A model generated the notes under the pieces. That model was not told the DNA's origin and searched no databases. It was given only the letters and a program-made list of their open reading frames with translations. The position numbers and the translations under genes are program-made. 64,000 nucleotides of DNA from Patescibacteria group bacterium (GTDB lineage: Bacteria; Patescibacteriota; Patescibacteriia; PEXW01), in assembly GCA_041665345.1 (NCBI GenBank), contig JBAYJA010000001.1, positions 602,522 to 666,521 of the forward strand. Direction: 5' to 3'. Of this stretch, positions 10,117-18,165 are shown piece by piece; the stretch's first letter is position 1, and each line of letters opens with the position of its first letter.

Positions 10117-11505
10117 ATGCAATTTCTTCATCTTCCTAGATGGAAAAAGCTCGCGGCTGTTCTTGCCCTCATGGCAATATGCATGCCGGTTTTTGCGCAA
10201 GCTGCCTTCCAACCGGGCAGCATTATTAGCGATGCAGAATTTACGGATGCAGGGAGTATGACGATTGCGGATATCCAGCGGTTCCTTGACCGGCGTGGCG
10301 GCGCACTCGCAAAACTATCTGTAGAAGATTTCAACAAGGTGCCGAAACCCGCAGCCCAGGCAATTTTTGAAGTGGCGCAACTGTACGCAATAAACCCACG
10401 GGTTATTCTCGTCACCCTCCAGAAAGAGCAGAGCCTGCTGACCCTCACCGCACCTTCCCAGCGAGGGCTAGACTACGCCATGGGCTATGGCTGCCCAGAC
10501 AGTGGTGGGTGCAGTGCAAATGCTGCAGGCTTCTACCGGCAAATTGATTTTGCCACCTGGCAATTCCGGAAGTACTTCACCTTCCCGTCCCAGTATACGT
10601 ACAAGAGTGGCGGAACCTACACGTTCCGAGATTTGGGAAATACCCGTATTTCCACGGTAACCATCCTCAACCAAGCGACGGCAAACCTGTACAACTACAC
10701 GCCGCACGTCTACAACGGGAATTTCAATTTCCATCGTTTCTACGCAGAGTGGTTTAGCAAAGTGTACCCTGACGGCTCGTTGCTCCGGATAGGGAAGAAC
10801 GGCGGCATTTGGCTCATCCAAAATGGTGAACGTCGCGCCATGCAAAACCGTGCCGCGTTCGTTACCCGCTTTGGCGATTTCAAAAAAGTCATTGAAGTAA
10901 CCGCCGACGTGATTGAACTCTACCCCCGGGGCGCAGACATTCGTTTACCAAACTACTCCTTGGTCCGCACACCGGACGGCCACATCTACATGCTCAGCGG
11001 GGATGAGAAACGGCTCATTGCCTCAGATGACGTTTTCCGTAACTTAGGGTTTAACCCTGAGGAAGTAACAGATGTCACCATGGAAGACATTGCGCCATAC
11101 TTGGATGGAGTGACCATATCTAATGCTAGTGCGTATCCTGCCGGCGCCTTGGCACAAATCAAAGAGACCGGTGCAATTGTCTGGATTGAGCAAGGTATCT
11201 GGTACCCCATTGTTGACCGTTCCATTTTGCAGTCTCGGTTCCCAAACCGCAAGCCAACCCTAAAAATCACTTCGAGTGAGTTAGCGAAGTACGAACGGGC
11301 AGCCTCGTTGACACTCCGGGATGGTGAGCTGGTTCGAACCAAAGGCGAAGGTGGTGTCTACGTCATCTCCAATGGTCTTCGCCGGGCAATTCGTTCGCGG
11401 CAAACCTTCAACCGGTACGGGTACAACATGAAAAATGTGCTGACCATTAGTCCCCGGGTCGCCGAAATGCACCCGGTTGGAACGCCGCTTGATGATCCAG
11501 CCTAA
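10117..11505 (+). CDS. Secreted protein: putative lysozyme-like N-domain plus repeated C-terminal modules
   Basis: Signal peptide (AQA/A); INPRVILVTLQKEQSL, AMGYGCPD, ATANLYNYTPH; four ~60-aa modules starting PDGSLLR, PNYSLVR, PAGALAQ, RDGELVR. Confidence 0.65.
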   Translation: MQFLHLPRWKKLAAVLALMAICMPVFAQAAFQPGSIISDAEFTDAGSMTIADIQRFLDRRGGALAKLSVEDFNKVPKPAAQAIFEVAQLYAINPRVILVTLQKEQSLLTLTAPSQRGLDYAMGYGCPDSGGCSANAAGFYRQIDFATWQFRKYFTFPSQYTYKSGGTYTFRDLGNTRISTVTILNQATANLYNYTPHVYNGNFNFHRFYAEWFSKVYPDGSLLRIGKNGGIWLIQNGERRAMQNRAAFVTRFGDFKKVIEVTADVIELYPRGADIRLPNYSLVRTPDGHIYMLSGDEKRLIASDDVFRNLGFNPEEVTDVTMEDIAPYLDGVTISNASAYPAGALAQIKETGAIVWIEQGIWYPIVDRSILQSRFPNRKPTLKITSSELAKYERAASLTLRDGELVRTKGEGGVYVISNGLRRAIRSRQTFNRYGYNMKNVLTISPRVAEMHPVGTPLDDPA

Positions 11506-11507
11506 CT

Positions 11508-12302
11508 ATGGCAATTGTCGCTGCGGCCTTCGTTTCCCACTCTCCCCTGCTCCTGCCTACCACCAAAGCAACACACGCCAAGCGGCTTGCGGATTTGCAC
11601 AATGCCATGGATCGAGCCATGGAACACCTGTACGCCGCGAAAGTAGATTCGATCATTGCCTTTAGCCCGCACGCCTTGCAGGTTGGGAATACCTTCACCT
11701 TCAACCTCTCTCCTACCCTGGAGGCGCACTTTGACGACTTTGGGGATGTGAGCACTGTTGCCCACGCAACTGGGGACCCCAGTTTTGGCTACCGGCTGAA
11801 AGAGCAACTGGAAGCCCTGCTCCCGGTCAGTGCTGTGCACGACCCTCGGCTCAATTACGGCAGCGGCATTCCCATGCTCTTCCTGAACGCCCTGCCCACC
11901 AAGCCCCGCTGGGTGAATATTTCCACCCGCCTGAGCACCCTGGATGAGCACATTCGCTTTGGCGTAGCACTCCAAGAAGAACTGCAGAACACCACCCACC
12001 GGATTGGGATTCTGGCCAGCGGCGACCTGACCGCCAGATTTTCTGATGCCGCGCCCCAGGGCAAGCACCCCAAAGCCGAAACGTTTGTCCAAGCCTGGCA
12101 CGCAGCGTTGCAGGCCCATACTCTGCCTAGCTTCCTCCGGAGCTGCAGCGCTGAGCAAATCCAAGACTTAGGTGCGTGCGGTGCCTGGAGCATGGCGCAA
12201 CTGCTGGGAAGCATAAATTCGCTTCAGATGCACCACCAGGAGCACTACGCCGCAGCGCCGTACGGAGTTGCCTACAGTGTGGTTACATGGACACCTGCCT
12301 AA
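11508..12302 (+). CDS. LigB/Memo-fold protein (extradiol dioxygenase class III / AmmeMemoRadiSam-associated-like)
   Basis: SHSPLLLP, FSPH, ASGDL, CG, PYGVAY pattern; several usual His positions are altered. Confidence 0.7.
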   Translation: MAIVAAAFVSHSPLLLPTTKATHAKRLADLHNAMDRAMEHLYAAKVDSIIAFSPHALQVGNTFTFNLSPTLEAHFDDFGDVSTVAHATGDPSFGYRLKEQLEALLPVSAVHDPRLNYGSGIPMLFLNALPTKPRWVNISTRLSTLDEHIRFGVALQEELQNTTHRIGILASGDLTARFSDAAPQGKHPKAETFVQAWHAALQAHTLPSFLRSCSAEQIQDLGACGAWSMAQLLGSINSLQMHHQEHYAAAPYGVAYSVVTWTPA

Positions 12303-12348
12303 GACCTAGCACCTAGGAGCTTTTGGTGCATTCCAGTACACTGCGGGT

Positions 12349-14088
12349 ATGCAGCCAGCCTTTGTCCAAATCATTCCCCTCCGCCGGGTGCCCCGGCAAT
12401 TTGGTGTACTTGATTACCAGCTAGCTGCAGACCAACCCCACCTCCAGCCTGGAGATATTCTGCAGGTGCCTTTTGGCACGCAAAAAATGGAGGGTGTGGT
12501 GTGGGCATTACTCACTGAGTCGAAGTTGCAGAAAGTCCGAACCATCCCTGCTCAGCAACCCCAAAAGTATTTTACCCCTGCGCAAATAGAGGTTCTGACC
12601 CAGCTACACCGAGCAAGTCTGGCGCCTTTGGCAGCTATTGCCCGGGGCATGGAACCACAAACGTACCCTCGGGTAAAGCAGAAAAAGCAAACGTCAAAGC
12701 AAGTGGAACCAACCATAGTTCTCACGCGAGATTTGCAAGCCCGCACGAAAATGCTCCAAGAGATTGTCCGCCGTGCGAGCGCCGAAAAGCAGGGCTTGAC
12801 CTGCGTTGTGGTGCCCACGTACACCGCACTTGCCGAGTGGGAAAAAGTCGCTGGGTCTGCTGCAGTGATACTCACGGCTAAGCAATCGCACAAGGAGCAA
12901 GTTGCTGCACTGACCAAAATTGCACACACACAGCTCCTGCTCTGCCTAGGCACCCAGCTCCTCCTGCCTTTTCCCGGACTCCACCGTCTGGTGCTTGACC
13001 AAGCAGATGACGCCGCGTACGGTCTGTACGAACAGCAGCCGCGCTTTGATGTCCGATGCCTGGCGCAAATTGTGGTACAAGTCTACGGCGCTTCGCTTAC
13101 CGTCCTTGCCCGTTGGCACAGTCCACGCCTGCAAACCTGGATCCCAGCCCGTAGGACTCCGGTCACCTTAGGGACGCTGGCTCCGGTAACCATCATCAAC
13201 CGGCAATTGGAAACTTTGGAAGATCGTCGGCTACCACTCTCACCAACCTTACTGACTAACCTGCATTCGCAAAAAGTTCTGTGGCTCGTTGATACCCCAG
13301 ATGACGCCAGGGCGCTGTGGTGTGCAGCCTGCGGTACGCCAGTACGCTGTCCAACCTGTAGCAACACCCTTCAGGTACGCAGTGAGGGACGAGAATTATT
13401 CTGTTCAAAAGATCGAACACGCATGGCAGCACCAGCACTCTGTGCAGCGTGCGGCAGCGCGCATTTGACCATGCAGAAGAAAGGCACGGCCGCGGTCCGG
13501 CAGCAATTGCGGAGTGTGATTCCGGCAGAGGAGTTTACTGAGATTGTCTCCAAAAAACCTGAGTTACCGTCCGCCACAGCTAGGCACGTTCTCTCCACGA
13601 CAATAATCCAGCGCTTTCCAGAATTACAGTTTGACGCGGTGGTCATTCCCTTTTTGGATTACACTATTACCCGGGGTGATGACTTTGCCGCGAGTGAGCG
13701 AGCTATGGATATTCTCGCTCTCGCCCGCATGCATGTTGCCCCAGGTGGAAAGATTTTCGTGCAAACCTTCCAACCTGACGCAAGCTTCTTTACCCACGTC
13801 CAGAACCCAGAGGCCTGGGCAGCTCACCTTACTGAGGAACGGCGTGAGCTTGGCTACCCTCCAGCAGGCATCTTGGTTACCCTAGAACAGCAAAGTCCCA
13901 CAAAAGCCACGGCTTCGCTCCCAGACTTCCCTAGCTTTGTTCGAGCCAGCAGCTTGAGTGCGCACCTGACCAGCCTTCGAGTGCCAAGAGCAAACTACGC
14001 AGAACTTGTCCCACTTTTGCAAACGCTCTCAGGCCAAGGTTGGAACATCCAGGTGAATCCTCCACGTTTGCCACGCCTGCAGGCTTGA
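12349..14088 (+). CDS. priA: Primosomal protein N' (PriA)-like, helicase motifs degenerate
   Basis: N-terminal LDY...GDILQVPFG...GVV, CAAC/CPTC/CSKD/CAAC zinc cluster, VQT...ERRELGYPP; lies next to def and fmt. Confidence 0.8.
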   Translation: MQPAFVQIIPLRRVPRQFGVLDYQLAADQPHLQPGDILQVPFGTQKMEGVVWALLTESKLQKVRTIPAQQPQKYFTPAQIEVLTQLHRASLAPLAAIARGMEPQTYPRVKQKKQTSKQVEPTIVLTRDLQARTKMLQEIVRRASAEKQGLTCVVVPTYTALAEWEKVAGSAAVILTAKQSHKEQVAALTKIAHTQLLLCLGTQLLLPFPGLHRLVLDQADDAAYGLYEQQPRFDVRCLAQIVVQVYGASLTVLARWHSPRLQTWIPARRTPVTLGTLAPVTIINRQLETLEDRRLPLSPTLLTNLHSQKVLWLVDTPDDARALWCAACGTPVRCPTCSNTLQVRSEGRELFCSKDRTRMAAPALCAACGSAHLTMQKKGTAAVRQQLRSVIPAEEFTEIVSKKPELPSATARHVLSTTIIQRFPELQFDAVVIPFLDYTITRGDDFAASERAMDILALARMHVAPGGKIFVQTFQPDASFFTHVQNPEAWAAHLTEERRELGYPPAGILVTLEQQSPTKATASLPDFPSFVRASSLSAHLTSLRVPRANYAELVPLLQTLSGQGWNIQVNPPRLPRLQA

Positions 14089-14113
14089 CGAAAAGGACTT
14101 TTTGCTATACTAT
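14085..14113 (+). promoter_or_regulatory. Sigma70 promoter for def-fmt, probably leaderless
   Basis: TTGACG, 17 bp, TACTAT, 6 nt, ATG 14120; also an overlapping TGcTATACT. Confidence 0.6.
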
Positions 14114-14119
14114 TCTCCG

Positions 14120-14602
14120 ATGGCGCTTTTACCACTCACCCTCATCCCCAGCCCAATACTCCGGCAAAAGACCAAGCCGGTAGACCTTGCTGTTCTGGAA
14201 ACGAAAGACTTCCAAGTTTTTTGCGATGACCTGATTGAAACCATGTTCGAAAAAGATGGGATTGGCTTGGCCGCACCACAAGTTGGGCAGAGCATCAGCG
14301 TCTGCGTAGTCACCCATGTGGATGGTCCAGTGATCATGGTCAATCCAAAGATCACCAAACATTCATTTCGCAAGCAGGTTATGGAAGAAGGTTGCTTATC
14401 CATTCCTGGTGTCTTTGGGACAGTCCGACGTCCCAAGCGTGTGGCAGTGACGTACACTGATCGCTTTGGTAAGGAGCAGAGCGTTGACGCCCAAGGGCTT
14501 TTTGCCAGGGTGATACAGCACGAAATAGACCACCTGAACGGTATCCTCTTTACGGATATGGTCATCACCTACACCCATGGCGAGCGACCAGCCAAAAGCT
14601 AA
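14120..14602 (+). CDS. def: Peptide deformylase
   Basis: GIGLAAPQ, EGCLS, QHEIDH. Confidence 0.98.
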   Translation: MALLPLTLIPSPILRQKTKPVDLAVLETKDFQVFCDDLIETMFEKDGIGLAAPQVGQSISVCVVTHVDGPVIMVNPKITKHSFRKQVMEEGCLSIPGVFGTVRRPKRVAVTYTDRFGKEQSVDAQGLFARVIQHEIDHLNGILFTDMVITYTHGERPAKS

Positions 14603-15530
14603 AACCTGGAAAATTCTCTTTGCTGGGTCACCAGCATACGCTGTTCCCAGTCTTGAAGCTATCCATGCACTACCAGAATGTTCTCTGGTGGGGGTCTGCG
14701 CTCAACCAGCCAAGCCGCATGGTCGTGGCCATGTGTTACAACCAACAGCGGTTGAAACCTGGGCAAAGGCGCACAACATTTTTTGTCTAACTCCAACTAC
14801 CCTTCGAACCCCAGAAGCCCAAGCTGCTATCCGGGCATTGGCCCCAGATGTTGCCGTTGTAGTTGCGTATGGCAAGCTTATTCCCGCAGACCTGCTGGAA
14901 ATGCTTCCCTATGGTTGGGTCAACGCCCATGGATCTTTGCTTCCCCGCTGGCGTGGCGCTTCGCCAATCCAGCAAGCAATCCTTGCGGGTGATACGGAAA
15001 CCGGCGTGACGCTTTTGAAGCTTGATGCGGGTATGGATACCGGGCCAGTCTTTGCCTCGCTTCACGTTCCCATTGCAGATGATGATACTGCGCCAACCCT
15101 GGCAGAAAAACTTGCACGGTTAAGTGCTCAGGCATTCCAAGAGCACCTTGTCCCCTACCTCCTGGGAGAACGTCCGCTCCAACCACAGCCTGTTGATGGC
15201 GTGACCGTTGCGCCAATCTTAGAGAAGTCGGACGGGCAATTGCACTGGGATGAACCGGCCTCTGCTCTGTGTAGGAAAATCCGCGCCCTCCAACCCTGGC
15301 CAGGCTGCACCACAATCTGGAATGGCCAGCAGTTGACCATTTGGAAAGCCGAAGAAATTGTAGGTTCTGCGCAACCCGGCCTTGTTCAAGCGAACGGTGT
15401 AAGCTGTACCATTGGAACTGCTAAAAATTTGCTCAACGTTCTGGAAGTGCAACTGGCGGGAAAAAAACGAGTGCCCGTAGACGCATTTCTGCGCGGGGCA
15501 CCCGGGTTTATTGGAACGACCTTACCTTAG
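14577..15530 (+). CDS. fmt: Methionyl-tRNA formyltransferase
   Basis: VVAYG, NAHGSLLPRWRGASPIQ, MDTG, RALQPWP. Confidence 0.97.
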   Translation: MASDQPKAKTWKILFAGSPAYAVPSLEAIHALPECSLVGVCAQPAKPHGRGHVLQPTAVETWAKAHNIFCLTPTTLRTPEAQAAIRALAPDVAVVVAYGKLIPADLLEMLPYGWVNAHGSLLPRWRGASPIQQAILAGDTETGVTLLKLDAGMDTGPVFASLHVPIADDDTAPTLAEKLARLSAQAFQEHLVPYLLGERPLQPQPVDGVTVAPILEKSDGQLHWDEPASALCRKIRALQPWPGCTTIWNGQQLTIWKAEEIVGSAQPGLVQANGVSCTIGTAKNLLNVLEVQLAGKKRVPVDAFLRGAPGFIGTTLP

Positions 15531-16172
15531 TTACTCAGCAACAATTTCCACCTTCTCCATCACGTCGCCAACGGCGATTTGCTTTACGACTTCCAAGCCT
15601 TTGGTCACCTGTCCAAAGAGGTTGTACTGCTTGGGGAGTTTGGTGGTTAAATCATCCAGGGCAATGAAGAACTGCGAGCCATTTGTATCAGGTCCAGAAT
15701 TTGCCATGGAAACTGATCCTACCAGGTACTCACCCTGTACTGGTTCATCCTCAAACTTGTACCCAGGTCCACCCGTGCCGTTACCCACTGGGTCTCCACC
15801 TTGAATGACAAACTCAGGTTCGACCCGATGAAAGGTCAAACCATTGTAAAACCCTTGCTCCGCCAGGTACACAAAGTTGCTGACCGTCTTTGGCGCGGCA
15901 TCACTCTTGAGCGTAAACTCAATAACTCCTTTGTTTGTCGTTAAAACCACCTTCTTGCTGCCAATCCGATCTGCGGGTAAAACTCCTGGGAAGCTGTAGT
16001 TCATAGTTTTCGTTGTTGATTGCGAGGTGTTCACATTTAATGCACTATAATTGTCGGCATTGGTATTTTTTTTGGTTCCAGAGTTGGTCCCAGACCAAAT
16101 GAGCACCACCGCGGCTATGAGAACGATGCCTACGACAGAGCTAAGCACAAGGGTGAGTTTTTTTATACGCAT
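15531..16172 (-). CDS. Cyclophilin-type peptidyl-prolyl isomerase with N-terminal membrane anchor
   Basis: APKTVSNF, FYNGLTFHRV, QGGDP, MANSGPDTNGSQFFI; start placed at MRIKK. Confidence 0.95.
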   Translation of the reverse strand: MRIKKLTLVLSSVVGIVLIAAVVLIWSGTNSGTKKNTNADNYSALNVNTSQSTTKTMNYSFPGVLPADRIGSKKVVLTTNKGVIEFTLKSDAAPKTVSNFVYLAEQGFYNGLTFHRVEPEFVIQGGDPVGNGTGGPGYKFEDEPVQGEYLVGSVSMANSGPDTNGSQFFIALDDLTTKLPKQYNLFGQVTKGLEVVKQIAVGDVMEKVEIVAE

Positions 16173-16267
16173 AAAAGCAGACGGATAGCGTTTGATAGGC
16201 CTAGTATAGCAGGCTTCACTGTGAACGGCCAAATGCGCTATACTATTTCCCAGAAAGGATACCCCTT

Positions 16268-17077
16268 ATGCGAAAAATGACTCTTGTGTTTAGTGCTTTT
16301 GTGTGTGCCCTCCTGCTGGGTACTCCAGCGTTGGCACAGGTCAACGGTTCAACCGATCTTACCAAACCCACTATTTCCAGTGTGACGGTTAGCAACATTA
16401 CGTCCACCCGGGCTGAAGTCACCTGGTCCACCAACGAACCAGCCACCAGCTATGTGGATTTTGGAACCAGTGACCTCTACGGCACCACTGCTGGTGAAGG
16501 GAGCTACCTGACCGCACACGTCGTTACGGTTTCCGGCTTAACCGCAAACACCATTTACCACTTCCGCATTCGTTCCAAAGATGCAGCTGGGAATGAGGCA
16601 ACCAGCACGGACACGACCTTCACCAGCGCAGCAACTGCCGTGACAAATACAAACACTGCGGTGAATAGTAATGGGAATGTGAATACAAAGGTGAACACGA
16701 ATACCGCAGTCAACGCGAACGCGAATAAGAATACCAACACCGCGGTCAACAAGAATACGAACACGAAGGTGAATACGAACGCCAACAAGAACGTGAATAC
16801 GAATGCAAATGCAAACAAGAATGTGAACAAAGCAGCGGATGAAACGAATGTGAATTCGGCAAACCTGAATACCAACACGGTGAATGAGAACGCAAATGAC
16901 GCACTGGATCTGAATGCTAGCGCAGACACCACCAACACGACGAACACGGCGGATACCGGAACAACGTCCGATGGACGGACTGGCGTGCTCTTAATTGTCT
17001 TGGGATTACTCTTGCTGGTTGGCGTCCTGGTCACCCTGTGGGTGAAGTCCCGCCGGGAGCGCGGACCCCGCCCTTAG
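16268..17077 (+). CDS. Surface protein: FN3-like domain, Asn/Thr-rich stalk, C-terminal TM anchor
   Basis: Signal peptide; VTWSTNEPATSYVDFG...GLTANTIYHFRIRS.D.AGN; NTN-rich linker; TM followed by basic tail. Confidence 0.85.
   Translation: MRKMTLVFSAFVCALLLGTPALAQVNGSTDLTKPTISSVTVSNITSTRAEVTWSTNEPATSYVDFGTSDLYGTTAGEGSYLTAHVVTVSGLTANTIYHFRIRSKDAAGNEATSTDTTFTSAATAVTNTNTAVNSNGNVNTKVNTNTAVNANANKNTNTAVNKNTNTKVNTNANKNVNTNANANKNVNKAADETNVNSANLNTNTVNENANDALDLNASADTTNTTNTADTGTTSDGRTGVLLIVLGLLLLVGVLVTLWVKSRRERGPRP
16640..16960 (+). repeat. Low-complexity coding repeats (NTKVNTN / NANKNVN units)
   Basis: Imperfect tandem AAY-ACN/AAY-GCN codon units inside the FN3 protein. Confidence 0.7.
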
Positions 17078-18144
17078 TCCAAGGGCTGGTCAATAGTAGC
17101 TCCACCCAGGCAGACCTGCTGGTCGTAGAACGCGCAGATTTGCCCAGGCGTGATTGCACGCTGTTTACGGACAAAGTTGACCGTCAGCAGCCCATCATCA
17201 CCCACAATCACTGTACAGGCCTCCACAGGCTGCCTGTAGCGTATTCGTGCTGCACAATTAAAGGTTGCCCCAGGTGGCGTCCCTGCAACCCAGCTGGCTC
17301 CTGAAGCGGTTAGGCCTTTGTGGTACAGCACTTCATCTCGGTTCCCTTTGGCGACGATTAAGGTGTTGGTAGCTGAGTCTTTTGCTGCAACGTAGTACGG
17401 CACGCCACCCCCAACCCCTAGCCCATGCCGTTGGCCAATGGTGTACAGGGCAATGCCCTCGTGCTGGCCAACCACTGTACCATCAGCGGTTTGCACTGGT
17501 CCGGGATGAACACCAAAACGCTCTTTGAGCAAAGCATGCACATCCACCTTGCCCACAAAGCAAATCCCCTGGCTGTCAGGTTTCGCAGCAGTTGGTAACT
17601 TTGCTGCCTTTGCCATTGCACGTACCTCGGGCTTCCGTAAATGGCCAATGGGAAACTGCACATGCCGCAGCATGTCCTGGCTGAGCATGCACAGAAAGTA
17701 CGTCTGGTCTTTTTCGGTATCAACAGCCGTAAGCAGCTGAACATGTTTTCCGTCACATTCAACCCTAGCATAGTGTCCGGTAGCGATTTGATCGTAGCCT
17801 TCTGCAATCGCTTTTTGTAAAAACACCCCAAACTTAATTTCTCGGTTGCACCACACGTCTGGGTTTGGCGTCCTGCCCGCTGCGTAGGTGGCGTAGAAGT
17901 ACTCCAAAACCGCAGCACTGTACTCTTTGGTAAAATTCCAGGTTTCCCAAGGAATACCAAGGTGCTTGCTCACCTTCTCTACATCTGCCTGATCAATTTC
18001 CCACGGGCAGTCTGCCAGAGCATCTGGCGGTGGTTCATAGTTCTTCATGAATACGCCGCGCACATCAAAACCCTGCTGCTGCAGAAGCAGCGCGGCTACG
18101 GACGAATCAACCCCACCGGAGAGAGCAACAATAATCTTAGACAT
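17074..18144 (-). CDS. mnmA: tRNA-specific 2-thiouridylase MnmA
   Basis: SGGVDS, TPNPDVWCN, ATGHYA, KDQTYFL, DSQGICF, GQRHG, TPGQ. Confidence 0.98.
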   Translation of the reverse strand: MSKIIVALSGGVDSSVAALLLQQQGFDVRGVFMKNYEPPPDALADCPWEIDQADVEKVSKHLGIPWETWNFTKEYSAAVLEYFYATYAAGRTPNPDVWCNREIKFGVFLQKAIAEGYDQIATGHYARVECDGKHVQLLTAVDTEKDQTYFLCMLSQDMLRHVQFPIGHLRKPEVRAMAKAAKLPTAAKPDSQGICFVGKVDVHALLKERFGVHPGPVQTADGTVVGQHEGIALYTIGQRHGLGVGGGVPYYVAAKDSATNTLIVAKGNRDEVLYHKGLTASGASWVAGTPPGATFNCAARIRYRQPVEACTVIVGDDGLLTVNFVRKQRAITPGQICAFYDQQVCLGGATIDQPLD

Positions 18145-18165
18145 GGACAGCTTCTTTGCGTTGGA

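Noticed and set aside
12298-12320. Short CCTA-repeated spacer before priA
   Set aside because: Too short and degenerate to distinguish from chance
16640-16960. Possible CRISPR or non-coding tandem array
   Set aside because: Repeats are short, degenerate, in frame and protein-coding; no repeat-spacer periodicity and no cas genes
16555-17034. Phe/Val-rich 159-aa antisense ORF that looks like a membrane protein
   Set aside because: Reverse complement of the AAY-rich Asn repeats
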